Assembly (NCBI RefSeq): GCF_004010195.1
Contig: NC_057720.1
Span: forward strand, 19,559,380 to 19,623,379
Direction of reading: 5' to 3'
DNA length: 64,000 nt
Source: Chiloscyllium plagiosum
Taxonomy: Eukaryota
The notes beneath the pieces are model-generated. The model saw only the letters and a list, made by a program, of their open reading frames with translations, made no database searches and was not told the origin of the DNA. A program made the translations under genes and the position numbers. The number at the start of each line of letters is the position of its first letter. Position 1 is the first letter of the stretch. Of this stretch, positions 1 through 13,116 are shown one piece after another.

Positions 1-2350
1 TCCTGTCTGAAGGCTTCCCATTTTCCAACCGACTCTTTACCTGCGAACATCTGCCCCAATCAGAATTTGAAAGTTCTTGCCTAATACCATCAAAATTGGC
101 CTTTCCCCAATTTAGAACTTCAACTTTTAGATCTGGTCTATCCTTTTCCATCATTATTTTAAATCTAATAGAATTATGGTCGCTGGCCCCAAAGTGCTCC
201 CCCACTGACATCTCAGTCACCTGCCCTGCCTTATTTCCCAAGAGTAAGTTAAGTTTTTCACCTTCTCTAGTAGGTACATCCACATACTGAATCAGAAAAT
301 TGTTTTGTACACACTTAACAAGCTCCAACAATCACCTCCCCGCTTCTTACAGCAGCCTGGGGTACATTTCATCAGGCCCTGAGAATTTATGCACCTGTAT
401 GCTTGTTAAAGCATTTGATAGCTCCTCCTTATTAATCTTAACATGTTCTAGAATCTCACCATCTCAACTGACACCCCTGGCTAAGTGTCTTTCTCCTTTG
501 CAAATACAGATAAGAAGTATTGATTTAAGAAGTCACCCACATTGACTCCAAGCACAGGTTACCTCTACGGTTGCTAATAAATCCTACTCTTTTCCTAATA
601 ATCATCTTCTTCTTAATATATTTATAAAAAGCCTTGTGGCTTTCGTTGATTCCATCCTTCAGATATTTTGTGGCCCCTCTTTTCCCTCCTATTTTTTTTT
701 AACAACCCCCTGCAATCTCTGTACATTTGAAGGACCTCCCCTGTTTTAGTGCAGTGTACTTGATATTTTCTTTTTATCAAACTCACAATATCCCTTCACA
801 TCTAGGGTTCTCTGGACTTGCTGCCCTTACTCTTCATTCTTAGAGTAACATGTTGGCCCTGAATTCTCATTACACTACTCTTTTTTTAAAAGACCCCCAC
901 TTACCAAATGTAGACTTACCTGCAGTAGCTGCTCCCAGTTTCATTTGATAAATCCCACTTAATGATATGGAAATTGGCCTTGCCCCAGTTTTGACATTTA
1001 AATTCTGCACTATACTTATCCCTTTCCATATGACTTTGAAACTTGCAGTTATGGTCACTATCTCCAAAATGACACCCTATTGAAACTTCAACCACTTATC
1101 TTAGAATCCCTAGTGTGGAAACAGGCCATTTGGCCCAAGTCCACACTGACCCTTTGAAGAGTAACCCACCCAAACCCATTCCCCATATCCTATTACTCTA
1201 CATTTACCCCTGACTAATACACCTAATTGAAACATCCCTGAACAATATGGGCAATTTAGCATTGCCAATTCACCTGATCTTTAGACGGTGGGAGGAAACA
1301 CACACAGATGTGGGGAGAATATATAAACTCCATACAGTTACCTGAGGCTGGAATTGAACATGGACCCCTGCCGCTGTAAGCCAGCAGTGCTAACCATTGA
1401 GCCACTGTGCTGCACTCAGCTGGCTTCATCGTAGGATTAGGTCTAGCACTGCTCCATCTGTAGTGAGACTATCTTTGTGTTGGCACAAAAAGTTCATCTG
1501 GATGCACTTAAAAAATTCCACCCCATTTAATCCTTTCACACAAAGATGATCCCAATTAATATTAATGAAGTTGAAATCCTGTTTCTATAACCGTGTTTCT
1601 CTCACATCTTTCAATGATTTGCCAACGTATCTGCTCCGCTATCTGCCTCAGACTGTGGTACAATCCTAACAAGGTAATCACCCCATTTTTTATTTCTAAG
1701 TGATACTCAGAATGCCTCATTTGAAGACCCTCTAGGATGGCCTCCCTCACTACTTCAGTGATGGTTTCCTTTATCATTAATGTAATGCCCCTACCTCTGC
1801 GCCATCATTCCAGCTATTATGCTTGAAACCTCCATACTCTGTATGTTGAGCTGCCAGTCCTGTCCTTCCTTCAGCTTTGATTGTGACTGCAACAATATCA
1901 TATTCCCACACGCTGATCAACTCTATAAAATCATCCACCTTGTCAGTCAAGGTCCCTGCAGTAAAATAGATGTAATTTATTGTTCTAGACTACCCAGGTG
2001 CCTTATCATGCCCATATCTCCTCAGTCTATCCGAGCATTCCTTCTATATCTGACTGGAGCTTGCTCTCAACTATACATCTACTCTGTGTCCCACCAACCC
2101 CCGGCAGATCAGTTTTAAAACCTCCTCAACAGCATTAATAAATACCAGCAACACCACTGGTTCCAGTGCTAATATAGGTTCCACCTACCCCAGAAACTGT
2201 CCCGAGGATCCAAACATCTACAGCTCTTCCTCCTCCTCCCTTTAGCCACAGGTTCATCTGACTTATCTTCCTAGACATATACTCAATGGCACATGGCACT
2301 GAAAGTAATCTGGAGATTACAACCTTAGTAAACTACTTACAATCGAGTTC
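1..2350 (-). mobile_element. CR1 LINE ORF2 fragments (young 1-319, older 320-2350, interrupted by a SINE)
   Basis: 1-319 is near-identical to 54150-54460 (APE endonuclease region); older part keeps DWQLNI..GGGITLM-like and LDLIL motifs. Confidence 0.8.
1101..1413 (-). mobile_element. HE1-type V-SINE inserted in CR1
   Basis: gtggaaacaggcc tail; gcagtgctaaccattgagccac head. Confidence 0.85.
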
Positions 2351-3547
2351 TCTTATCAGTAGAGCTCTCCCAGCCTGTTTCCTCCACTGCTGTGCACTGG
2401 AGCCACCATTGAGCGCTCCCCCCCCCCACCCCCCGGCTAAGTGTCTTTCTCTTTTGCAAATAGAGATGAGAAGTATTCATTTAAGACATCACCCACATCC
2501 ATTGGCTCCAAGCATAGGCTGACCCTACATGTTTGAGAAAGGAATGACACAGGGATCCCTGTGGTTTGAAGCCTTTAAAAGGAATGTATTTTCTAAAATA
2601 CAGTGCTGCTCTTTGGCAAAGGAACATTTGAGACATTGAGCATTCTTATTTTGTCTAAACTTATTGATATCAATACTTTCATGACTATACTGTATACATC
2701 TTTATTTGTATTTTTCAAAATTGGATTTTCTCTGCAAGGAAGTGGATACATCACTCCGCAGAAAGGAATGGATCCTCTATTTCATAAATATGTATCAATT
2801 ACGGTATGGAACAGAAAGAAAATGTACAAAACATTGCTTTAACCCTCAATGTTCTGTATCCTTAAACAAATTTGGTTTACTCTAGTTAACTTGATATGTT
2901 TTGCTCAAAAAACAATGAAATAATCCAACAGGATGAATGAAGTAATGCTAATAAATCAAGAGGCTAGTTAAACAAGTCCACACATTTGAATTAAGAGTAA
3001 ATTGAAGACCATAATGAATCTTCCTTGCTCGAAGGTTGCAACTTGATAACATTGTCATTTTTATTTTGCTTGTATAACATAAGTACAAGCATGAGAGAAA
3101 TAAAGCATAAACCTTTCTTCATGAATGATCAGAGAAATTAAGAGCCCACTTGGTGAAACTTGTGGGTACATCATTTCTTCTAGTGGGTGAGTTCTCATTT
3201 AGTTAAAACTAGACATAATTCAGTATATAAATTACAAAGTATTTCCCATCATAGCCTTAGAAACATCACATTTCACCTTTATGAATTTCAGAGGGTGCAT
3301 CATATAGTATAATAAACAAGCTTTAATTCAAGGTGGGCATAGTATTAATTCAAGCCCAATTCTATAAGGCATTCCTTATTAGCTCAAAAACTGCAATTGC
3401 CTGTCTCACAGACAAAGTTCAGGGTTACAGTATGTAAATATTGCAAAGAATCCCATTCTTGCATTCAATATCTAATGAACACAATGTTTGTCATTCTTAT
3501 GAAATGATAAATAACTATGATTTAATTAAAACAACAAACTGTTTAAA

Positions 3548-3553
3548 TTTATT
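3548..3553 (-). terminator. Candidate DNTTIP2 polyadenylation signal AATAAA
   Basis: tttatt on + strand about 480 nt past the stop; other candidates near 3060 and 2701. Confidence 0.4.
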
Positions 3554-4029
3554 GCCTTATTGAAGGTGAAATATCTTTCATTGTATTTATCTCAGCACAG
3601 CTGAACAGTTCTTTTATCCCCTAAACTGTATTTAGTCAAACAAGGTAATTTGCATTTATGAATAGGGGAGGGCAAGGAAGTTAGTAGCACTTTTTCACTT
3701 CTTAAATACATTAGTTGTGACTCTGGGAAAGACTTAAGAATATGGACAAGAGACGCAGGAAAGATGTGAAAAATATTGATTTTAAACAGGGAGTGTTACT
3801 GACCCAGAACTCTAAGCCTAAGGGGCTGTGGAAGTAGAGTTGAAAAATGATTTCAATAGGAAGCAGACAGGTCCTTGAAGGAAATTGATTTTCAGGACCA
3901 TGAGAATGGAGTTGACTGGGTTGCTCAAAGCACTGACTTGCTGAGTCAAACAATCTTCTTCTGTGCTGTTACAACGAGAAACTAGAATATTATCCAGAAC
4001 AAGGTACTTTGTCAGTCTTGCTTCAGAAT

Positions 4030-4123
4030 TTAATTCTTAAACTTTTTCTTCTTGCGATTCTTTTTGCCTGCAGCAAGAGCTGTTTTTTCTGCAATGATCT
4101 GCTGATACTTTCTCTTGTTATAC
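4030..4123 (-). CDS. DNTTIP2: DNTTIP2 last coding exon
   Basis: tttcag acceptor; YNKRKYQQIIAEKTALAAGKKNRKKKKFKN*; TAA at 4032-4030; total CDS 1404 nt. Confidence 0.95.
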
Positions 4124-5084
4124 CTGAAACAAGGCAAACACACACTTTGCAATCATTTTTACTAGCAATACAGTTGATAAAAATACTACATTCATAAGTA
4201 AACTGGTTATCCAGTTACTTAAGACTTATTAAAGCATTATAAATACACAATAGTGACATAATATTACATATATTTTTAAAAGTATGTTAATGCGACTGTT
4301 CAGATAATATAAAGCATATAACAATTGCAGCCAGGAGTACATGACGATTCAAGGTTTGTTGACTCCGACCAACTAGAAATCAGACTGGCATATTATAGTA
4401 ACCAAAACATTTTAAATTTGACTCCCCTTTGGACGACATAATGGGTATTTAAAGTGACATCTATGCTTTAAACACAAACACAGGAGACTGTAAGAAACCC
4501 CCACACAGTTTTACAGCATAATTAACATTATTTTGTAGCTGATTCATAGTTAACATAGCAACCATTTCAAATGTAATCAGTACACAGCTGTGAAAGCCTG
4601 CATTACAATCCCCAGGAAGGACTCAGAGGCAGCTACGACAAAGAGAGCTCTCAGTTCAAGGGAAAGGCTTGCATCAGCAATCAACCAGCGTCCTGAGCCA
4701 ATACAGTCCAGACAATCTGTAAGTGCCACTAGCTGGGACAATGGCCAGGAAGCATGTCCCCTCATCACAACTTGCCAGGAAGTGTGACCCCCGAACCGTG
4801 TCTTGCCAGGAATCGTGGGCAGATTTTTGACACTTTGGGAAATATGATCAGGACTGCGACACTCAGACATCAAGGCAACTGGCAACCAGCGAGAATGAAA
4901 GAGTCTGCAGAGGAATACAGACAGGCTAAATGAGGGGCAGTTCATTTAAATAGTCATTGGATAGGAATATGGGCAAGAATGGAATAGCATAGGTTAGATG
5001 GGCTTCAGATTCGCAGGTCAGCACAACATCGAGGGCCGAAGGGCCTGTACTGCGCTGTAATGTTCTATGTTCTCCTTTCTAAAA

Positions 5085-5700
5085 AAGGAGCAAGTTTTGC
5101 TAAAAATATACATGGCACTAGTCAGATCACAAGAGAAATATTGTGAACAATTTTGGGAAAAATATTTTGGCATTGGAGGCAGTCCAGGAAAGATTTACTA
5201 GACTGATACCAGGCATACAGGGAATGTCTTATGAGAAAAGGTTGAGTTTGTACTCATTGGAAGTTACAAAGATCCAAGTCAACCATATTAAAATACACAA
5301 GATCGTTAGGGACTTGACAGGGCAGATACCAGGAGGTTGTTTCCATTGTTGTAGAGTCTACAAACAGAAGGTATAATCTCAGATTAACCTTCAACGAGTA
5401 AGGCAAAAGATGAGGAAGAATTTCCTCTCTCAGAAGACAGTGAACCTGTGAATTCTTTTTACTATAGAGGGCCACTAAGGTTAGGCATTTAAACGGGCAT
5501 TAGATAGGCATATGGAGGATAGTGGGTTAGTGTAGGTTAAGTGGGCTTGGATCGGCGCAACATCGAGGGCCACAGGGCCTGTAATGCGCTGTATTTTTCT
5601 ATGCTCTATGTTCTATATATTCAAGGCAGAAACAGTCAGATTTTTAACCAGTAAATGAATCAAAGGTTTATGGGGAGAAAGCAAGGAAGTAGAGCTGAGG
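5085..5700 (+). mobile_element. CR1 3' fragments (extra tails at about 4965-5073 and 5484-5614)
   Basis: LEAVQERFTRLIPGIQGMSYEKRL; gagggcc..gggcctgta..tctatgttcta tails. Confidence 0.8.
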
Positions 5701-5796
5701 ATTAAAATTATTTTCAAAATTGGCTAACATGTCACTAACCTAGTCAGTTTATCTTTGAATGTTACTAACATACTTACTAAGGATTTACATAAATAC

Positions 5797-6025
5797 ACAA
5801 AAACAGAAAGTGCTGGAAAAGCTCAACAGGTGTGGCAGCATCTGTGGAGAGAAATCAAAGTTAACTTTTCAAGTCCAGTGACCTTTCTCCAGAACAGTTC
5901 TGAGGAAGAGTCACTGGACCCAAAATGTTAACTCTGATTTCTCTCCATAGGTGTTGCTAGACTTGCTGAGCTTTTCCAGCAGTTTCTGTTTTTGTTTCTG
6001 ATTTCCAGCATCCACAGTTCTTTTG
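5797..6025. mobile_element. Family C palindromic short repeat (related copies about 6615-6715, 10866-10990, 14720-14950, 31370-31500, 37200-37315, 59356-59625, 62270-62385)
   Basis: Inverted arms of about 95 bp (aaaacagaaagtgctggaaaagctc..gaac / gttc..gagcttttccagcagtttctgtttt). Confidence 0.75.
5897..5933 (+). ncRNA. Decayed minimal hammerhead motif, family C
   Basis: GUU-CUGAGGA-A-GAGUC(ACUG)GACCC-[G>A]AAAUGUU-AAC; other copies keep GAAACGTTAAC (59541-59551). Confidence 0.55.
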
Positions 6026-7002
6026 GCTCTTATTTACATATGTATTTTGTCCATATGAACTTTCTGAAGATAGTTGATTAGGTTCCACATCAAAAAAATT
6101 ATTTGTAAAACTGTAAGTGCACAGAACTATAAGAAACTTTGTAATATCGATTAGTAATTTGTTGGGAGCTCAGAGTCAAAAACAAAAGCTCCTCAACTCC
6201 AGGGATGTTGTTCCCCAGGGATCTGCAGCAGATATACTAATGAAAAGGCTGAGTGGAGCTTCTCTCTCCAATCTTGCCAATGACACTAACTTAGGACGCA
6301 CTTTAAATACTTGTGGATTGGAACAGAAATTTACAAAGGGACAGAATTTTGTTTGCTCATTTGTCTAATGTGTAATGGAATTCAATGTGGGGAAGTACGA
6401 TGCCTTGAGCTCAGGATCTAAAAGGCAATTTGCATATTTTCTTTACAATGAATATTAATGGTATAATAATTTTAATACTTTGGTGGAACAGGGAAATTTA
6501 GATGTCCACATACAAGAAACGATAAATACTAGTACCTAGGTAGGTAAGAAGGTTCATTGAATGTTGGCCTTTATCACAAGAGGATTGAAATTTGAAAGTG
6601 AGGAAGTACCTCATTCTGATAGAAGGTCATCAACCTGAAACATTAACTCGGTTTCTCCATCCACAAATGCTGCTCGACCTGGTTAGTATTCTAGCATTTC
6701 TGTCTTATTTTCAGAGTTCGTAACATTACCCAAGGAAGATGGCACAGAAACCAGACCATTTGTCACAACTATTCATTGAAGCTGGTGTTCATTTTTGCTT
6801 ATTTAAAATTTAATCTTTATAACCCTCTATTCCCATCTCATTTGCACGCTTGTCTAGCTTCCCTCTAAATGTTCCTATGCTCTTCATTTTAATCACATCT
6901 GGTCACAATGATTTCCACATTCTCACGACCTCACTCTGGGTAAAGAGGTCATTTCTGGATTCCCTATTTGATACTGTGATGGCTATCTTGGGTCATATTA
7001 AT

Positions 7003-7288
7003 GCTGCCTGGTCTGTTGCGCTTTTCCAGCACCACACTTTTCAACTCTGGTCTCCAGCATCTGCAGTCCTCACTTTCTCCTAATTGATCTTAACCTACTG
7101 CGAATCCTCTTGCAAGGAAGCCTACCTTGAAGAAGCTCTCCTCCTCCCTCTACAAGGATCTCAGTGAGTCCCCCTCTCACTGCACACCCAGGTCATCTCC
7201 TCTGCCGGATGCTGCCTGGCCTGCTGCGCTTTTCCAGCACCACACTTTTCAACTCTGATCTCCAGCATCTGCAGTCCTCACTTTCTCC
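7003..7288 (+). mobile_element. Partial tandem of family B PLE termini, 10-bp TSD
   Basis: Two copies of the gctgcctg..ctcactttctcc terminus about 125 bp apart; TCATATTAAT at 6993-7002 and 7289-7298. Confidence 0.75.
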
Positions 7289-7447
7289 TCATATTAATTT
7301 TAATCATGCTTTTCCCATAAGAGGAAATTTCTCTGCATATCCATTCCACCAAAACCATTCACAATTTCAAAGACCTCTAACTGGGCAACTTGTTTCAAGA
7401 GAGAAGGCTGAAAAACCTCCTGGTCCTATGCAAACAAAAAGGCATAC

Positions 7448-7557
7448 CGTCGGAATTCCGCATCTGCCAGAAGCTCCTCCACCATTGTTCGTTTTCTTTC
7501 TTTCTTCGGAACACGAGAATGATAGAAGTCTACTGGATTGTCCAGAATTGTACCAAC
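7448..7557 (-). CDS. DNTTIP2: DNTTIP2 exon 6 (Fcf2 domain)
   Basis: VGTILDNPVDFYHSRVPKKERKRTMVEELLADAEFR; tgtag/GTATGC sites; 110 nt. Confidence 0.97.
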
Positions 7558-8808
7558 CTACAAAAAAAGATAGATGAGTGTAATATTACCCTGAAGACTA
7601 AGTTTAAAGAAGTTATATTGAAATGAAGCCTGCATGAATTAATAGCATCTAGAAATATGTTGGAACTCTTTGATGAAGAGTATCAACACAAGATTTAATT
7701 TTTTCGTGTTGCATTTTTCTAATATAAAGTTGGTTTTGATTGATCTCAGCTTTGTTTTCCGCTACTTCTACCACCGTGGGGAGGATAAAGGAATAATTTC
7801 AGAGATTGCTCTCCACAATTAGCAGCACAGGTAGAAACTGGACAACCGGTTAAGGGGATAACATGTATGTTGCTCATATTGAGGATTTAACAGAGGGTCA
7901 GGGAAACTATTGCGTCTAGTTGAGGAGTCTTCGATTTAAAATGAGGACGATATGGTAAGTTTCACAAAATCTCTTTTTACAGATGTTTTTGGACTTGGAA
8001 ATACTTTGTCACACCATGAGCTTGAGACAGGGACCATTGAAAGGCCAGGTAAAGACTGTGGAAATATCACTATCGATTCTGGATGATCTTCATATCCGAG
8101 CAAACTTTTCAGAATAGTCACTAGCTAATTAACAGATGCAGAAAGCTATGACTAACTTTCTCCTCCTCTCTAGACTAGAAATTCTGATAGCAATTATAAT
8201 GTTGGCACAGTGCTAAATTAGACCATTTTACCCAATAAGGATCCAAGCTCAAATCCGTCTGGTGCCTGCAGCTCAGCTCCAGTCTCTGGAGATAGCTTTA
8301 CCCTAAGGCAACACGATATCAAATTTGAAACCTTGATTATAATTTCCTACATTGCAGCTAATATTGTAATTACAGCCCTCATTTTCGGCATAATCAGTTG
8401 TTTCTGAACAGTGTGGGACTCTTTGCTTCAGTGCCCAGCATTAATGTTGACACTGTTTATGCACTGTAGGTAATCTCAGGCTCAATGTCCAGTATCATTG
8501 GTTCAAGCTATTCCTCTCTGTATTGCATGCTTACAAATAGACTCATCCTCAAAGAGATAACTGATGCAAAACTAACTTTGCCTCCTAGTGTACTGTCTTC
8601 TCAAACTGAGTCAGTGGGTAGAATGATAATCACGTATAGCTACAGAGCTTCCACCATGCTTAATGGTTTAGACGTCTGAGTACTTTGATATATTTTGCAA
8701 AAGCAACTTTAATAATTGCTATATATTACAAGCTGGCTTTATTACTGATAAAGCTAGAAGTTCCAAATGCATCACATTATATAGCTGTCCTTACCAGCTA
8801 ATACATAC

Positions 8809-8973
8809 CTGGAAGTATTTAGGGAAGCCTTCACGGTCATTTTTCTTGTAGAAACGCTTGGGGTTGATTGCTGCCCTCATTTTTAGTGCCTTCAGGTCAT
8901 TCTTCAATTCGTCAGTTATTTCAGGAGCTTTCATATTGTACCAGCCATCGCCTGCTGTCTTTGCACGTTCTAC
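8809..8973 (-). CDS. DNTTIP2: DNTTIP2 exon 5 (Fcf2 domain)
   Basis: VERAKTAGDGWYNMKAPEITDELKNDLKALKMRAAINPKRFYKKNDREGFPKYFQ, the Fcf2 pre-rRNA processing domain signature; tttag/GTATGT sites; 165 nt. Confidence 0.97.
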
Positions 8974-9281
8974 CTAAAGGAACAAAAGAAAGATTGAAAT
9001 AAAGACAGGCTATTAAAGGCATAGCAATCTACAGAGATTCGTTTGCATTAATTTGAAGTTTCGATTTTTATTTTAAATCAACCTGTTCACAGATGCTATT
9101 GCACACAGCTGGAGCAGGTGGGACTTGAACCTAGGCCTCCTGGTTCAGAGGTATGGATACTATCATTTCACCACTCAGAAGTTTAAGCTTGTTCCTAAAT
9201 ACAGTGATATTATCAGACAGAGACAGAATGAACAAACGATTGCTACATGTTAATTACTAACGCCACAGACTCCGTACCTAC

Positions 9282-9377
9282 CCTGCGTTTTTTCTTCAGT
9301 TGACGGGTGGACTCTTTTAAAAGTGGAACACTATCTTGTTTTTCAAATTCTGGTGTCAGGATGGTATTTGCCAACAG
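9282..9377 (-). CDS. DNTTIP2: DNTTIP2 exon 4
   Basis: ccttag|LLANTILTPEFEKQDSVPLLKESTRQLKKKRR|gtaggt; 96 nt, phase 0. Confidence 0.95.
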
Positions 9378-9727
9378 CTAAGGAACAGAAATATCAATTT
9401 TAAAATAATTCATGCAGAAAATGCTATCATTTATTTGAATATCAAACACATTATGGCATTACTATGCTCTAATTGCTACTCCAGCCAAAAGCTGGCATGT
9501 TCCCTAGTGCATATCTTAATGTCCAGTTTAGACAGATACAGAACATTTAAAGAGAAAAGTAAATTATTCCCTCTCCTCTCCTGAAAGTTCCAGAGACTAT
9601 TCCCTATGGTTCAACCTCCTCTTGTACTTTGTTAAAATGATTTGGAGATGCCGGTGTTGGACTAGGGTGTACAAAGTTAAAAATCACACAACACCAGGTT
9701 GTAGTCCAACAGGTTTAATTGGAAGCA

Positions 9728-9762
9728 CACAAGCTTTCGGAGCAATGCTCCTTCATCAGGTG
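9728..9762 (-). ncRNA. Minimal hammerhead motif, PLE family A (intact, sense to DNTTIP2)
   Basis: CAC-CUGAUGA-A-GGAGC(AUU)GCUCC-GAA-AGCU-U^GUG. Confidence 0.75.
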
Positions 9763-10191
9763 ATAGTGGATGGCTCCATCGTAACACAGAATTTATAGCA
9801 AAAATTTACAGTGTGATGTAACTGAAATTATACATTGAAAAATTGATTGTCTGTTAAGCCTTTCATCTGTTAGAATACAGTGATAGGTTCACTTCTTTCA
9901 TGTGTAAATCACAAAACCTTTTTTTAAAAAGTTGCATTCTCGGGTTAGCTGTTAACAATGGTGATAGCTAGACAACATATTGTTTAGCTATCACATTGTT
10001 AACAGCTAACCTGAGAATGCAACTTTTTAAAAAAAGGTTTTGTGATTTACACATGAAAGAAGTGAAACTATCACTGTATTCTAACAGATGAAAGGCTTAA
10101 CAGACAATCAATTCTTCAATGTATAATTTCAGTTACATCACACTGCAAATCTTTGCTATAAATTCTGTGTTACGATCGAGCCCCCCACAAT

Positions 10192-10226
10192 CACCTGATG
10201 AAGGAGCGTCGCTCCGAAAGCTAGTG
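10192..10226 (+). ncRNA. Minimal type-I hammerhead ribozyme motif, PLE family A (intact)
   Basis: CAC-CUGAUGA-A-GGAGC(GUC)GCUCC-GAA-AGCU-A^GUG; stem I CAC/GUG, 5-bp stem II, palindromic AGCU as stem III. Confidence 0.8.
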
Positions 10227-11499
10227 TGCTTCCAATTAAACCTGTTGGACTATAATAGCCCCCGTGTACTCTGTCTATGCCATGATGTTTAGATTGATTC
10301 TAATCTAAAAAGTGAGATAACAGAGTTTTACATCAATTCATGCAGTTTTTGAGCTCAGAGTTCTACATGAATGTTTGCAGTTTTTGAGCAAAGTGCAATG
10401 TAACTCTGCAAGTACAAATTCACCCCACAAAATATATGTGTGCATGTGGGTCTTTGTCTGTCTGTGTGTGTCTGTCTGTCTGGGGTGGTGGTTGTGAGTG
10501 TGTGGGGGAATTAAGCCTAATTCTGACCACGCATCTTTCGAATAAAAGACACCAAGTGGTAAGAGGGTAAATACCCGAAATGAATCATACTAATAAGAAA
10601 TTGATATTAGCCAATTCCTCTTAGTCTCACTGTACCCCTATAAGTTTATTTATTGTTAACATGCTCAAACCACCTCTCCGTTATGTATAATAACCCTGGC
10701 ACAACGACTGAAATTAATTCACTTCATTTAGCTGGTGTCAAAACCTCAAAGTTGATGCCATTTCTGTCTTGGCTTCAAACAATGGTTAGAATTGATGAAC
10801 CAAGTTTTCCAACAAAGGTAAAAATATCGAAAGCATGCTGACTGACCTAAAAGTAACATACACAGACAGTGCTGGAGAAAAACATGTCTAGTAGCATCTG
10901 TTGAAAGAAAAACAGAGATTACGTTTCAAGTTATGTCACCCTTCATTAGAACATTGTAAACGAAGGGTCACTTGACTTGAAACATTAACTTGTAAAAATT
11001 CCGTCTCGGGACGTGGGAATTGTTGACAGAGTCAGCGTTTACTGTTTATCCCCAATTGTACAGCCTTTTTGACAAAACGTGACTTGTTATAGGTAGTGAT
11101 TTCCAGGTTGTTATCACTTGCTGTGTAAAAAAATGTTCTTGTGCACATTCCAGCTACATCTCATGCCCAAATCCTTAAATCTAGGCTCCCTCGCCTTGTA
11201 CCATCAGCTAATGTAAACACCCTTTCCTGGTCTACCTTATCTAAAACCTACCAGAATTTTCCAAATTTTCAATCTCCTCTCAATTTCCTTTGTCCAAGAA
11301 GAACAACCCAGTTTCTCCAATGTAAGCCCATAGCTAAAATACCTCAACCTTGGAACCATTCTGGTATATCTCCTCTTCATTCTCTCAAGAACCTCATATT
11401 CATTCTAAATTTTGGGGATTAGAAGTCTAGTTGGGATGGAACCAGAGCTTTCTGAATGCTTTATTACTCAATGCCTCTATTTAATCTGACAGTACTGAA

Positions 11500-11985
11500 G
11501 AAGTTTGATAGTATCATTAGGTTGGTTCCGGAGTTGAGAGGGTTGGCTTATGAGGAGAGATTGAGTAGACTGGGACTATAGGAATTTAGAAGAATGAAAG
11601 GGGATCTTATAGAAACATAAAAAATATGAAGGGAATAGATAAATATAGAAGGAGGGAGGTTGTTTCCACTGATGGAAGGGGGCATAGCCTCAACATAAGG
11701 AGGGAGCAGCTTTAGGACTGAGTTAAGGAGGAACTTCTTCATCCAGAGTTGTGAATCTGTGGAATTCCCTGACAAGTGAAGCAGTTGAGGCTACTTTGTA
11801 AAATTTTTTAAGGCTAAGATTGATAAATATTTGAGCAATAAGTGTATTAGGGGCGATAGTGAGCAGGCGGGTAAGTGGAGCTGAGTTCATGAAAAGATCA
11901 GCCATGATTTTATTGAATGACAGAGTAGGCTCGACAGGCCAGATGGCCTACTCCTGCTCCTATTTCTTGTGATCTTATGTTGCAT
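11500..11985 (+). mobile_element. CR1 3' end
   Basis: GLAYEERLSRLGL, NFFIQ..NLWNSL-like segment, cctactcctgctcctattt tail. Confidence 0.8.
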
Positions 11986-13116
11986 TCTTATGTTCTATCC
12001 AAGATAAAGCAGCCTGCTTGGCTGGCACCCTAACCTTCACTCTCTCCACCACTGAAACGCAATGACAACATGTGCAGCACCTGAAAGATGCAGTTCAACA
12101 ACTCACCAAGGGTCATAGAGATGTACAGCACAGAAGCAGACCCCTTGGTCCAACTTGTCCATGCCGACCATATATCCCAACCCAGTATCTTCCAAACACA
12201 CAACTGTTTCACAAGTAGTACATAGTCAGCAGATACATGGGAACTCTGCCATCTGCAAAGCTCTCTCCAAGCCACTTGTGATCCTGATTTGCAAATATAA
12301 TGGTGTTCCTTAATTGTTGTTGGTTCAAATTCCCTGAAAACTTCTTCCCTAACAACACAGTGGACATCCCACACCACATGGTCTGCAACAAATCAAGACA
12401 GCAGCACCTTCTCAAGGGCAGTTAGGGGTGGGAAATAAATTCAAGCAATGTTCACATCCCATGAATGACTAAAACAAAAATTAAACAGGCATAAATACAT
12501 ATCCTCTGTCAACCATATTCTCAACATGTCCTGCCACCTTTAAAGGTCTGAGCGTATGTACATACACTCCGAGGTCCTCTGCCTCCATACTCTTCAGAAC
12601 TCTGGCATCAAGCCTTTACTGCCTTACCCTATACCTTCTACCAGTATCATCTTTGTGCACAACATTAGTGAATCATATGAAGGAAAAGAAAAAGACAGAG
12701 GGTGGTGGTGGAGGGCTGCTTTTCAGACTGGAGGCCTGTGACCAGCGGTGTACCACAAGGATCGGAGCTGGTCCACCACTTTTTGTCATTTACATAAATG
12801 ATTTGGATGTGAAGATTCTGTACATTTTGTGTAATTACCTTAAATCATTAGTTCAAATTACTCTAAACACCAGTGACAAAACCTGAAGCCATCAAAATAC
12901 TTCATAATGGTGTTGCACAGGCCAAAAGGCTCTCTGCAGCCACAGACCGTGGTCAAAAAGAGAGTCTATGCAAAATTACATTGCCCCTGCTTGCTCAGTT
13001 TGACACAGCAAAAATGAAAAATTACAAACGCCTGACTTCCTGACGCTGCACTGCCCATAGTGAGTTAATATTAAACCAAGGATGGGATACAGCTCAGAAA
13101 GCACCCAGCATCTTAC

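Larger units (their letters stand above)
9637..10500. mobile_element. Penelope-like element terminal repeat (family A) with internal inverted duplication
   Basis: Same terminus found at 44102-44178, 13386-13493 and 24820-25576; carries hammerhead motifs. Confidence 0.7.

Noticed and set aside
474-2530. About 100-bp similarity between 474-570 and 2432-2530
   Set aside because: Both are diverged CR1 ORF2 fragments; ordinary repeat homology explains it.
3939-3948. Perfect ARE/NF-E2 motif TGCTGAGTCA
   Set aside because: It lies in the DNTTIP2 3'UTR within CR1-tail-like sequence, about 40 kb from the GCLM promoter; a single 10-mer is weak evidence.
4577-4945. 122-aa minus-strand ORF in DNTTIP2 intron 6
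   Set aside because: No recognisable motif or fitting splice sites; exons 6 and 7 already join in phase.
5797-6025. Palindromes read as pre-miRNAs, CRISPR repeats or classical MITEs
   Set aside because: They are dispersed multi-copy repeats with hammerhead cores; related families have long variable TSDs; there is no repeat-spacer array and the context is eukaryotic.
10500-10800. Possible LTR fragment
   Set aside because: Only a TG start and AATAAA-like motifs; no defined end, TSD or second copy.
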